DNA of 64,000 nt from Verrucomicrobia bacterium UBA6053 (GCA_002429065.1 DIYN01000048.1:21727-85726); one strand, 5' to 3'. Counted from the stretch's first letter, positions 29,555-39,045 are shown. Program-made: numbers and translations. The notes: generated by a model from the sequence alone, not told the origin.

Positions 29555-30360
29555 CCCATGGCCCCCCTCATTCCTCCTCCTGCCCGGATCAGCATCAGGA
29601 CGATGAAGGAAACCGCCACCATCAACAGAGAAACCGCCAGGGCTCCGTTAAGATTTCCGATGGCCAGTTCGAGGTAAATGGTGCTGGGCAGGACCTCGGT
29701 GCGGTACCGGGTGGCCCCGGCAAACAGCAGCACCGGTCCGAATTCTCCGATCGCCCGGGCCCAGGACAGGCTCCACGCCGCGAGCATGCCCGGGGCTACT
29801 TCCGGCAGGATCACCTGGAAGAAGGCCTGACCTCTTGAGCAGCCCAGGGTCAGGGCCACCTGCTCCAGTCGTGGGTCCACCCGCTCAAAGACACTGCGCA
29901 TCATGCGCACGGCAAAGGCGGCCGCAACAGTGAGTTGTGCCAGAACCACACTTGGGATGGCGTTCGTAACCCGTACATGTTCCTCGATCCCTTTTCCGAT
30001 CGGGGTCATGAAAAACAGGAGAAGCCCCAGCCCGACCACCATGGGGGGAAGCACGATCGGGATGTCGAGCAGGGCATCGATAAAGGCCTTTCCCGGAAAG
30101 CGGAACCGGCTCATGAAATACCCGATCGGTACCGCAAACACCACGGAGAGAACTGCGGTCAGGGCACTGGACCCCAACGACAACGCGAGGGCATACCGAA
30201 TGGGAGGAGAGTTCAGGAATCCCAGCATCTCCCCGGGGCGGAAGACACCGCGCAGGGTGAGAGACAGCAGGAGGGCGAGAATCATCAGGAGGTAAAATCC
30301 TCCCAGGATGATCAACCCTGCAAAAAATCGGACGTCAGATCGAGGGCGGTATTCGTTCAA
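29551..30360 (-). CDS. Molybdate/tungstate-type ABC permease (ModB/WtpB-like)
   Basis: DIPIVLPPMVVG, LEQVALTLG, WARAIGEFG. Confidence 0.9.
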   Translation of the reverse strand: MNEYRPRSDVRFFAGLIILGGFYLLMILALLLSLTLRGVFRPGEMLGFLNSPPIRYALALSLGSSALTAVLSVVFAVPIGYFMSRFRFPGKAFIDALLDIPIVLPPMVVGLGLLLFFMTPIGKGIEEHVRVTNAIPSVVLAQLTVAAAFAVRMMRSVFERVDPRLEQVALTLGCSRGQAFFQVILPEVAPGMLAAWSLSWARAIGEFGPVLLFAGATRYRTEVLPSTIYLELAIGNLNGALAVSLLMVAVSFIVLMLIRAGGGMRGAMG

Positions 30361-31886
30361 CGTTCAGGCATCTCCGTGCCTACCTTATACCGAAAACCGG
30401 AGGACTCGTACAGGTCCTGCATGGAGGGATCGACCAGCATGGTGATCAGGCGGTCCATGAGCATCGGATACTCCGTTCCAATCGCAACCGCAACCGGCTG
30501 TCCGGCAACGGCCCGGGGATGATTGATCTCGATGATCTCCACCTCATCACGCATTCCAAGTACGTTGGCCATGTAGACAATTCCGACGTCCTCCCGTTCA
30601 GTGCGCACCCTTAGCAGGACTTCGTCGGCTTTGGGTGCATCGCCGAAGGTGATTCGGGGAAGAATCTGATCGTAGAGACCCGCCTGTCGAAACAGCTCAT
30701 GGGTCAGACCCCCGAGGGCACTGTATTCTGGATTGGACGTCGCCACCTTGACGTCCGGACGGGTCAGGTCCTTTAAGGAGGTGATGTTCTTCGGGTTTCC
30801 TTTGGCTGTCACCATCACCATGTCGGTTTCGGTAACCATCTGATGATCCCGGAACCGCTCAAATACATCATCCATGTAGCTGGTGTCACAGGCGAAGTAG
30901 GCGTCCGGGTCCGAGCCGGCCCTCATCTGGCTGACGAGAATTCCACAGCCGTTGTAGACCATTTTGATCTCTACACCCTCCCGTTCTGTGAACTCCCGGA
31001 TTTTGTCATCAATGGAGACCCGGTTCACGCTACCGCTGTAGAACTCGATGACCGGCGTTTCGGACCAGATATCCCCTTTGGCCGGGGTGAATCCTTTTTT
31101 TCCGAAGACGGGAAGACCGCGGTCCTGGGCCGCGATGTAACGGGCAAGGTGCAACGCCGCAGCCGGTTTGCCTGCGTTCTCCATAACCCCGAGGGTCACC
31201 TGCTGGGACTTTTCATCCAAACGGGGATCGGTGACGGCTTCAACGCCCTCGAACATAGCCAGCATGGGATCAAACACCACGGCGGCGTCGACCGACCCGA
31301 GTGAGACGTCCAGGGCAAGTTCGTTTACCGTCGGTTTGTTGACACCCCGGTCACGGATTGCTTGTTGCATGTCCTCCCACATCCCGATGGTGGTGAACAC
31401 TTTTTTCGCCATTTTACCCACGGCTGCGGCCTCCGGATTTCCAAGTGCCGTTTTGACATCCTCCCGGATCAGGTCTTCAAGCCCCTGAATTTTTTTTGGA
31501 TTCCCTTCCGCGACCAGAATGACCGGTTTCATGTCCGCCAGCGGAATGATTTCCCGAACCAGCCCCTTTTTCTGTGCCGTCTGCACGAAGCTGTCATCCC
31601 CGGCAATATATACATCGCCCTGACCGGTGATCTCCAGCTTTGCCAGCAGCGTGCCGGAACCGCCGTATTCAATTTGAACTCTGCGTCCGGTTTCACGCTG
31701 ATACTGTTCCACAATGGCTTCGACCGGTCCTTTGATACCGGCTGCACAGTACAGGACGAGGGCGCGCTCTCCGGGTCGGTTGTCGACGTTCTGGCTTTCG
31801 TTTAATGCGGTCAGAAGGCCGATGGATCCAAGGATAAGGACGGCACCCAGAATCAGAATGTTCCGGGCAGGATTGATGCTGCTCAT
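30357..31886 (-). CDS. Tandem two-domain ModA-like substrate-binding protein
   Basis: N-terminal TM; two SBP repeats (LYCAAGIK...GGSGTL...GNPKKI and FYSGSVNR...NGCGIL...GNPKNI). Confidence 0.88.
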   Translation of the reverse strand: MSSINPARNILILGAVLILGSIGLLTALNESQNVDNRPGERALVLYCAAGIKGPVEAIVEQYQRETGRRVQIEYGGSGTLLAKLEITGQGDVYIAGDDSFVQTAQKKGLVREIIPLADMKPVILVAEGNPKKIQGLEDLIREDVKTALGNPEAAAVGKMAKKVFTTIGMWEDMQQAIRDRGVNKPTVNELALDVSLGSVDAAVVFDPMLAMFEGVEAVTDPRLDEKSQQVTLGVMENAGKPAAALHLARYIAAQDRGLPVFGKKGFTPAKGDIWSETPVIEFYSGSVNRVSIDDKIREFTEREGVEIKMVYNGCGILVSQMRAGSDPDAYFACDTSYMDDVFERFRDHQMVTETDMVMVTAKGNPKNITSLKDLTRPDVKVATSNPEYSALGGLTHELFRQAGLYDQILPRITFGDAPKADEVLLRVRTEREDVGIVYMANVLGMRDEVEIIEINHPRAVAGQPVAVAIGTEYPMLMDRLITMLVDPSMQDLYESSGFRYKVGTEMPER

Positions 31887-32548
31887 GAAGGTATCTCCAG
31901 AATTCCCTGGTTCATGGTGAACGGGTGTGTGGCACGGGCGGCGGCTTCCGGGTCATGGGTGACCATGAGAACCATCCCGCCCTTCTGTGAAAACAAGGCA
32001 AGTTCGTCCAGAACCCGCTGGGCACTGTCCGGATCGAGGTTTCCGGTGGGTTCGTCGGCCAGAATCAGACTCGGGTTTCCATAGAGGGCCCTGGCCAGGG
32101 CCACCCTCTGACGTTCCCCCACACTGAGTTCGCCGGGCGTATGATCCAATCGATGACTGATTCCGAGCTGTTCCGCCAGTGCTTCGGCCCGTTCCGCCCC
32201 TTGAGATTCGGGGTCGACACAATCTGCTAACCGGATGTTATCGAGAAGGGACAGGTAGGGAATGAGGTGAAACTGTTGAAACACAAATCCGATTTCCCGG
32301 CGGCGGAGTGCTGCACGTTCTTCTCGGGAAATCGAATAGACGTCCTGATCCTGAAACCGCACCTGACCGCTGTCCGGCCGCTGGAGGAGACCTGCGGTCA
32401 GCAGCAGGGTGGATTTCCCACACCCACTCGGTCCCCGCACGGCGGCAAAGAAACCGGGCTTCAGCCCAAGTTCCACATCGTGGAGTGCCACCACTTCTTT
32501 CCGATCAGACGGACGATATGTTTTGCGTACCTGTGTCAGTGTCAGCAT
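31883..32548 (-). CDS. LolD/MacB-type ABC ATPase
   Basis: GPSGCGKS, GFVFQQFHL, LSVGERQR, ADEPTGNLD. Confidence 0.9.
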   Translation of the reverse strand: MLTLTQVRKTYRPSDRKEVVALHDVELGLKPGFFAAVRGPSGCGKSTLLLTAGLLQRPDSGQVRFQDQDVYSISREERAALRRREIGFVFQQFHLIPYLSLLDNIRLADCVDPESQGAERAEALAEQLGISHRLDHTPGELSVGERQRVALARALYGNPSLILADEPTGNLDPDSAQRVLDELALFSQKGGMVLMVTHDPEAAARATHPFTMNQGILEIPS

Positions 32549-32550
32549 GA

Positions 32551-33825
32551 TCAGTCCTCGTGAAGAATGGTGGCGGGGTCCTGATTGGCGGCCCATACTG
32601 CGGGCGGCCATGCGGCAATGCTTTGAAGCGCAGGGGCCAAACACGCGATCATGAGCAGGGGAAGGGTTTGCACCCCCTCCTGCCAGGGCAGGGCTTCTTC
32701 GGGAAGCGTCACCTGCGTCATGAGGGCCACCGCGACCCCCATACCCGGCAGCATGCCGACCAACCCGAGAAAAGCCGCTTTCCCCAGGAACAACTGCAAC
32801 ACCCGTCCGCGGGAAAGCCCGATGGCCCGTAAGATGCCGATCTCGGATTTCCGGTCCCGGACATTCAGGAAGGTCAGTGTGGCCAGCAGTCCCATGGTGC
32901 CGAGTGAGACCAGGGGAATCAGCGTTCCGGCAAACCGCTCTTCCCTCTGCAGCAGTTCCGAGCGGTTGCGGCTTTCCCGTTCCAGGACCTCTTTCCGCGT
33001 TTCCGCAGCCTGGTTCCGGGCCTCGGCTCTGGCCAGAGCCCGACCGGAAAACTCGATGACCTGTGTTCCGGGTAGAATGTTTACCAGTTCCTCACGCACC
33101 TTGGCGATGTCCGCCCAGGCACATTTGCATTGAAGAGCGAGGATTGCATTAATTTCGTCTTCTTTTCCAAACAGGGTCTGAGCGGTATCGAGTGGGATCC
33201 AGAGGGTAATATCGTCTTTGTTCCCACGTTGGGGCTTCAACTCATGAATGTCGAAGTTCCGGCCCTGAAAGGTGATGGTGTCGCCTTTTTTCCAGCCCCT
33301 GTTCACATGGAGTTCGTAGCCGAGAACAATGTGACCCGCCGGAACGGGCTGCAAAAGAGGTGATTTCGGGACACTGTCCGCCAATGGGACCTCATCCCGA
33401 ACCCCGATGACCAGTGTGGTGGTGGATTCCTCCTCCCAGAACACTTTTTTCTGCAGAATGGGAAGAAGGTGCTGCACCGTGATGATGCCGGCATTGGCGA
33501 GGGTATGCACGTATTCTTCCGGCATGGTTTTCGCGGCAAAATCATTTGCGTAAAAATCTGCCAGATTCTGCTCCGAGGGAAGCACCATGACATTAAATCC
33601 CATGGCCTTGGTAATCTTCCTCATTTCATCCTCAAGAGTGTCGAAGAGGGTTTCGACTTCCTGTCGATTGGCGTCGAGGACCCTGCGGGTGTCTGCGCGC
33701 TGCCAGTCCAGTCTCATCTGCACCGTGGCCACTACCCCGACGGTTAACGACACTGCCAGCAGTCCCAGCAGGCTGTGACCCCGGCGAAAGCTGAGTTCAC
33801 GTCGGAAAAGGCGAGTCAGGTTCAT
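32551..33825 (-). CDS. FtsX/MacB-type ABC permease
   Basis: N-terminal TM, large periplasmic loop, NVRDRKSEIGILRAIG, three C-terminal TMs. Confidence 0.88.
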   Translation of the reverse strand: MNLTRLFRRELSFRRGHSLLGLLAVSLTVGVVATVQMRLDWQRADTRRVLDANRQEVETLFDTLEDEMRKITKAMGFNVMVLPSEQNLADFYANDFAAKTMPEEYVHTLANAGIITVQHLLPILQKKVFWEEESTTTLVIGVRDEVPLADSVPKSPLLQPVPAGHIVLGYELHVNRGWKKGDTITFQGRNFDIHELKPQRGNKDDITLWIPLDTAQTLFGKEDEINAILALQCKCAWADIAKVREELVNILPGTQVIEFSGRALARAEARNQAAETRKEVLERESRNRSELLQREERFAGTLIPLVSLGTMGLLATLTFLNVRDRKSEIGILRAIGLSRGRVLQLFLGKAAFLGLVGMLPGMGVAVALMTQVTLPEEALPWQEGVQTLPLLMIACLAPALQSIAAWPPAVWAANQDPATILHED

Positions 33826-34976
33826 GCGTCCCCTCCGCCGTGTTTCGACAGCATGACGCCTGCTGCCAGGAGTACCACCACTCCTCCACCAAGGACAACA
33901 CCCCAGTTCATCCCAAAAGCAGGGGCCGCAGGAGATGTGATGGACGGAGTCGGGGTGGGAGCGACTGCGGTTTCCGCCTCCGGTTCGGCCTCTCCCTCTG
34001 TTGCCAGTGCCATGTCTTCGGTTTCCGGTTCATAGGCGAGGGGATTGAACAGTTCGGGCGGTTGGTTGGCTTCATCCACAAAACTCCTGGAAAGGTCTTC
34101 CATCCAGGGCTCCACAATAAACAGGTCGAATCCGGGGTTGAGCTCCTTCACTTCGCAGGAACAGGATCCGGTAAGAAAATACGACATCTCACGGAGCATA
34201 TCGGCGGTGAAGGCCTTGTGGTCTTCAATCGCAAGAGCACGTCCCTGACCAAATACCGGCATCACCCAGGCCTGTTCGGTATTGTTCCAGGTGTCATCAC
34301 CCAGCACGAGTCGCAGCCCTTCCGTGAGAATTTTCTCTTTGGGATCATTCCGGTCCAATTCCAGCATGCTGAAATGAATGGGGAGCTCCCGGCGAACCTC
34401 CTCCTGCTTTTCCGGGGAATAGATGGCGAGCATTTTTTCCGGCAGCTCGAGGGTTTCATTCATTTCTTGAATGCCTGACTTAATCAGCTGCTTCAGCTCA
34501 TCGTTTGCAGATGCATCCGTACCCGGAATAAAGACCCAGACAGTGCTGTGTCCCCCCAGCAGCCGTTTGATGATCTCATCCCGCACCGGCGATCGCTGTA
34601 CCAGAAGTTTCTGTTCGTCCGAGACTGCGCCGCTGAGAATCGGAGTCTCGAACCCGTAATCAAAGGGGTACTCCAGCAGGAAGCGGGGGGAGGTGTCTGT
34701 CACCTCGTTGGCCAGCTCCTTTACATGGTCGGGTGCCTCCTCGGGAATGGAGTCTTCCCGGAGATCGACTTCCAGTACCGCCATGTGAGCGTCATACACC
34801 GGATTGAGCCACGCATCGATCTGTTCCTGTTCCATCCCTTTGTGCAGAACCGTTAACTGAAAGGCGTCCGGTGGCCAGCGCTCCAAGGCATACCGAAAAA
34901 CCGGAACCGCACAGGCAAACAGGGTGCAGGGGAGCGCGATGAGCAAAGACAGAAGAAAAATCCTGGATCGTTTCAT
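33822..34976 (-). CDS. Hypothetical exported protein with Cys motifs and C-terminal TM anchor
   Basis: Signal peptide then CAVPVFRYALERW; GSCSCEVK; Pro-rich linker and C-terminal TM; translationally coupled in the operon. Confidence 0.8.
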   Translation of the reverse strand: MKRSRIFLLSLLIALPCTLFACAVPVFRYALERWPPDAFQLTVLHKGMEQEQIDAWLNPVYDAHMAVLEVDLREDSIPEEAPDHVKELANEVTDTSPRFLLEYPFDYGFETPILSGAVSDEQKLLVQRSPVRDEIIKRLLGGHSTVWVFIPGTDASANDELKQLIKSGIQEMNETLELPEKMLAIYSPEKQEEVRRELPIHFSMLELDRNDPKEKILTEGLRLVLGDDTWNNTEQAWVMPVFGQGRALAIEDHKAFTADMLREMSYFLTGSCSCEVKELNPGFDLFIVEPWMEDLSRSFVDEANQPPELFNPLAYEPETEDMALATEGEAEPEAETAVAPTPTPSITSPAAPAFGMNWGVVLGGGVVVLLAAGVMLSKHGGGDA

Positions 34977-34986
34977 AAATATCACC

Positions 34987-36108
34987 TCAATATCGGACCA
35001 TGGCGGGGTCCTGTTCCACGGCCCATCGATCAATCCCTCCGATGAGACTTTTCGCGCCTCCGATTCCCGCCTCTTTAAGAAATTGCACCGCATGCAGACT
35101 GCGGACACCGTGATGACAGTAGATGATCAATGGAGATCCCGTGTTCAGTTCCTGAGCCCGGGTTGGCAGTTCACCCAGGGGGATGTGATACGAAGGCATG
35201 ATGGCGCAGAGATTCCGCTCATAGTCCTCCCGCACATCAACCCAGAGGGCATCGGAAACCTCTCGGGCTGCATCAGGTTCTACCTCATCGCCGGTATCAG
35301 AGTTGAATTCACAGCGTTGCTGGTACTGTTGAGGGACCAGCCGGGTGAGGGTCGGGGAGTCTCCGCAGACCGCGCACTGTGGATTTCGTTGAATGGCGAC
35401 CTTTCGGTGTTTCTGCGTCCAGGTGTCGATGGTTAACAGAGAACCGAGCAGCGAGTCTCCAGCTCCGGTGATCCATTTCACGGCTTCGAGGGCCTGCAGA
35501 GACCCCACCACACCGCACAGCGCTCCCAGGACTCCGGCCTCCGAACAGTTCGGCACCTCTCCGGCGGCCGGCATGTCAGGAAAGAGACATCGATAGCAGG
35601 GCCCCCCGTCCGCGGGGGAAAACAGGCTGATCTGGCCTTCAAACTGAAACAGACTGGCGGAGATCAAGGGGGTACCGGACAGTACGGCCGCATCATTGAC
35701 CAGATAGCGGGTACTGAAATTATCGCTTCCATCCAGCACCAAGTCGTATTTCGACATCATCTCAATCGCATTTTCCACCTGGATGCCCTCCGGGTGAGGA
35801 ATGACGGTGAGATTCGGATTTCGCCCCTGGAGTTCACGGACGGCTGCCTCCAGCTTCGCGCTGCCGGTGTCGGCATCTCCATAGAGAATCTGGCGTTGCA
35901 GATTACTGGCTTCCACTTGGTCGAATTCGGCAATGCCCAGGGTGCCGACCCCTGCGGCACAGAGATAAAGGGCTGCAGGGCAGCCCAGACCTCCAGCCCC
36001 AATGAGCAGGACTTTTGCCCTGGCGAGAGCCTCCTGACCTTCCCGACCGATTCCGGGGAGGCTGAAATGACGTGCGTATCTTGAAACGTTGGTATTGACT
36101 GTGCTCAT
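34987..36108 (-). CDS. moeB: MoeB/MoeZ adenylyltransferase with C-terminal rhodanese domain
   Basis: RYARH, GAGGLG, SNLQRQ, CYRC/CAVC zinc site, rhodanese YCHHGVRS. Confidence 0.93.
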   Translation of the reverse strand: MSTVNTNVSRYARHFSLPGIGREGQEALARAKVLLIGAGGLGCPAALYLCAAGVGTLGIAEFDQVEASNLQRQILYGDADTGSAKLEAAVRELQGRNPNLTVIPHPEGIQVENAIEMMSKYDLVLDGSDNFSTRYLVNDAAVLSGTPLISASLFQFEGQISLFSPADGGPCYRCLFPDMPAAGEVPNCSEAGVLGALCGVVGSLQALEAVKWITGAGDSLLGSLLTIDTWTQKHRKVAIQRNPQCAVCGDSPTLTRLVPQQYQQRCEFNSDTGDEVEPDAAREVSDALWVDVREDYERNLCAIMPSYHIPLGELPTRAQELNTGSPLIIYCHHGVRSLHAVQFLKEAGIGGAKSLIGGIDRWAVEQDPAMVRY

Positions 36109-36250
36109 CTATTCCGAATGCTGGGTGCACATGGGTTTCGCATCCTACATGGGATTATGAAATTTGTAAAACGGGTTTTGGCAAAAGAAATTCTTTTTTT
36201 GCGTTCATTTTTTCTTCCGGATGATGTTGTCCAATTGTGAACGAAACGAG

Positions 36251-37741
36251 ATGAAAGGATTACGTCTACTTACTCTGATTTTCCTTGGACTTGTGTCCGG
36301 CTGCGGGGGGGGGAGTTTCACCTCCGCCGACACCACGCTGCAGGTGTTTTGTGCGGCCAGTCTGACGGAGGTCGTACAAGAGTTTTCCCGCGAATACTCC
36401 GCACGTACCGGAGTGGAGGTCACAATCAATTCCGCGGGTTCCAGCACCCTGGCCCGTCAGATCCTTGCCGGAGGAAGAGCGGATCTGTATCTCAGTGCAA
36501 GTGAGGCCTGGATGGACCGACTGCAGGAGGCCGGACAGGTCTCGCAAGAGGACCGTCACAGGTTTGCCCGGAACCGCCTGGTCCTGGCCGTGGATGCCGA
36601 ATCTCCGCTTCGACTGTCCTCTCCATGTAAGCTGACGGAACTAGGTGAGATTCGGCTGTTGGCGATGGGGGATCCTGATCATGTTCCGGCCGGGGTTTAT
36701 GGAAAACAATGGCTGCAGTCTGTTCGCTGCGGTGACGAGACGCTTTGGCATCAGCTCCAGCATCGTCTTTCACCCGCTCCGGATGTCCGGGCCGCTTTGG
36801 CTCAGGTTCGGGCCGGTCCGGATGTTGTCGCGTTGGTGTACGCAACCGATGTGGCGACCCGACGGAACCGGGTGCGGGTTTTATTGGAGATCCCGGAGCG
36901 GGAACAGCCGGAAATCCACTACACGGCGGGAATCCTCAAGGAAAGTCCGGCACGGGAGGCTGCCGAGGTGTGGATCCGGGATTTCCTTCATGCGGAGGGA
37001 CAATCCGTTCTCCGGAAACACGGGTTTGTGACGGGGGAAGACTCTGATTCGGTTTTGCAACGCGAGGCCTCCTCCATGACCCACTGGGGAACTCTCTTGA
37101 TGGTGACCAGTCTCTGGGCGACGCTGGCCACTGCCGGGTCGTTGGTCCTGGGGGTGCCGGTGGCGTACCTGTTGGCCCGGGGGAGGTTTCGCGGCAAGCG
37201 GGCCCTCTCCGCCGTGATCGGACTCCCGATGGTGATGCCGCCAACTGCGGTTGGGTTTCTCCTGCTGCTTTTCCTGGCAGAGCGGGGTGTCCTCGCCCAG
37301 CTTGGCATTCAGACCAACTGGCTGTTTACCTGGAAAGCAGTGGTACTGGCCCAGATGGTGATGGCCCTGCCGTTCGTGATCCGGACGGCGCGGGTGGCGT
37401 TTGAAGAAGTCGATCCCCGACTGGAACAACTCGCCCGGACCCTGGGCTTCACCCGCCAACAGGTCTGGACGAGGGTCACAGTCCCCCTTGCCGGCCGGGG
37501 ACTGGTTGCGGCCGGCCTGCTCGGGTTTACCCGGGCACTGGGGGAATTCGGAGCGACGGTGATGATTGCCGGTACCATCCCCGGGCGGACGCAAACCCTT
37601 GCCTCCGCCATCTATTCGGCTCAGCAGTCCGGTGACGATGCGAGGGCGGGAGTGTTACTGGTCGTGGCGGCCCTGTTGGGCATCGCCGTGGTGTATCTGA
37701 CCGAAACTCTTTCCCGGCCGGGAAAAAGGGGGAAGGCATGA
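36251..37741 (+). CDS. Fused molybdate-binding lipoprotein ModA and permease ModB
   Basis: Lipobox VSGC; AASL, AGSSTLARQI, GDPDHVPAG; then LPMVMPPTAVG and RALGEFGAT. Confidence 0.9.
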   Translation: MKGLRLLTLIFLGLVSGCGGGSFTSADTTLQVFCAASLTEVVQEFSREYSARTGVEVTINSAGSSTLARQILAGGRADLYLSASEAWMDRLQEAGQVSQEDRHRFARNRLVLAVDAESPLRLSSPCKLTELGEIRLLAMGDPDHVPAGVYGKQWLQSVRCGDETLWHQLQHRLSPAPDVRAALAQVRAGPDVVALVYATDVATRRNRVRVLLEIPEREQPEIHYTAGILKESPAREAAEVWIRDFLHAEGQSVLRKHGFVTGEDSDSVLQREASSMTHWGTLLMVTSLWATLATAGSLVLGVPVAYLLARGRFRGKRALSAVIGLPMVMPPTAVGFLLLLFLAERGVLAQLGIQTNWLFTWKAVVLAQMVMALPFVIRTARVAFEEVDPRLEQLARTLGFTRQQVWTRVTVPLAGRGLVAAGLLGFTRALGEFGATVMIAGTIPGRTQTLASAIYSAQQSGDDARAGVLLVVAALLGIAVVYLTETLSRPGKRGKA

Positions 37742-38826
37742 ATCGGGACTTTAAGTTGAGCATGCGGATGACCCTGAAACAGGGAGGGTTCACACTGGAA
37801 GTGGATACCACCAGCCAGACACGGGTTCTGGGTCTGTATGGACCTTCCGGCTCAGGAAAAACAAGCTGGCTGGAATCATTGGCCGGATTAAGGCGGCCTG
37901 ATCAGGGACGCATTTCCTGCGGGGATGCGGTATGGCTGGACACGGATCAGGGGATTTGCCTTCCACCGGACAAGCGGGGCATCGGGTATGTCCCCCAGGA
38001 CGGTCTGTTGTTTCCACATTGGTCGATTCGTCAAAACCTTCTCGCAGGGGTTGCCTCTCCGGGGGAGTCACCCTTTGATGAGGTATGCCGGGTGTTGGAA
38101 TTGGAGGAGCTTCTGGATCGTCGGCCGGATCAGGTATCGGGAGGCCAGAAGCAGCGGGTCGCGCTGGGAAGAGCTTTATGCATTCAGCCCAAGCTGCTGC
38201 TGTTGGATGAACCCCTGTCTGCATTGGACGTTGCCTTACGGAACCGGGTCCTCACCTATCTGTTGCGCATCCGCGATTATGTGGAGATCCCGATGGTGGT
38301 GGTGTCTCACAATCCGTTTGAATTGATGACTCTGTGTGATGAGGTGATCGCCCTGGGGGCTGGCCGGGTTCTGGATCGTGGGGCTCCTTCCGTGCTGTTC
38401 AGCCAGGCGGCATTTTTTCCGTATGCCTCGCAGGAGGGAGGACTGGAGAACCTGTGGCAGGCCCGGGTGGTGGAATGTGATCCACACGGAGCGAAGATTC
38501 GGCTGGGTGAGGAAGGGCGGGGAGCCTCCCTTCGGGTGAACGGGTTTCAGGGTGAGATCAATCAGCGTATACGGGTGGGAATCTCCTCCCGGGAATTGAT
38601 GATTGCCACCGAGGATGTCCCTCATCTTTCCGCCCGGAACCGCATTCCTGGTCAGATCGAACGCCTACAGCAGATAGGGAATGAAACCCTGGTGACCCTT
38701 ACGTTGGCCCCCGACCTTTCCGCCGTGGTGGAACTGACTCAGGAAGCGGTTCGGGACTTACAGATGGCACCAGGGTTGGAGGTATTTCTTCTCTGTAAGA
38801 GTACGGCCCTGGTCGTGTGGGACTGA
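37738..38826 (+). CDS. modC: Molybdate ABC ATPase with TOBE domain
   Basis: GPSGSGKT, GYVPQD, SGGQKQR, LSARNRI, C-terminal TOBE-like segment. Confidence 0.92.
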   Translation: MNRDFKLSMRMTLKQGGFTLEVDTTSQTRVLGLYGPSGSGKTSWLESLAGLRRPDQGRISCGDAVWLDTDQGICLPPDKRGIGYVPQDGLLFPHWSIRQNLLAGVASPGESPFDEVCRVLELEELLDRRPDQVSGGQKQRVALGRALCIQPKLLLLDEPLSALDVALRNRVLTYLLRIRDYVEIPMVVVSHNPFELMTLCDEVIALGAGRVLDRGAPSVLFSQAAFFPYASQEGGLENLWQARVVECDPHGAKIRLGEEGRGASLRVNGFQGEINQRIRVGISSRELMIATEDVPHLSARNRIPGQIERLQQIGNETLVTLTLAPDLSAVVELTQEAVRDLQMAPGLEVFLLCKSTALVVWD

Positions 38827-38829
38827 TCC

Positions 38830-39021
38830 TTACCCTCTATCCCTCTTTCTTTTTCTCCGTCTTACGTTCATCCTCCTCTTTGTCTTTGTCTCCCCCTCCG
38901 TGAAGTTCTCGCACCGGATTTCCGTGCATGATGGAAACATTGCCGATCCGGAATTTTCTGTCATCCTGTTGAGGCAGACAAAGACAAAGACAAAGAAGAA
39001 GACGACGAAGAAGAAGAGGGG
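38830..39021. repeat. Pyrimidine arm / purine arm element with 6-bp units (CTTTGT / ACAAAG)
   Basis: CTTTGTCTTTGTCT at 38878-38891 is the exact reverse complement of 38976-38989; flanks continue as pyrimidine-rich and purine-rich tracts. Confidence 0.65.
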
Positions 39022-39045
39022 CATGAATCGGAACAAAGAAGAGCC

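Noticed and set aside
33822..33960. PEP-CTERM exosortase substrate tail
   Set aside because: It has a C-terminal TM but no PEP motif and no basic cluster.
27781..36108. E1 plus ubiquitin-like genes as a Bil/CBASS-type defence or conjugation system
   Set aside because: No E2, JAB or cyclase gene; the context is Mo transport and the rhodanese fusion indicates sulfur transfer.
36109..36250. ModE box or Moco riboswitch in the divergent moeB/modA gap
   Set aside because: No recognisable consensus; only a weak A/T palindrome (AAAAGAA-A-TTCTTTT).
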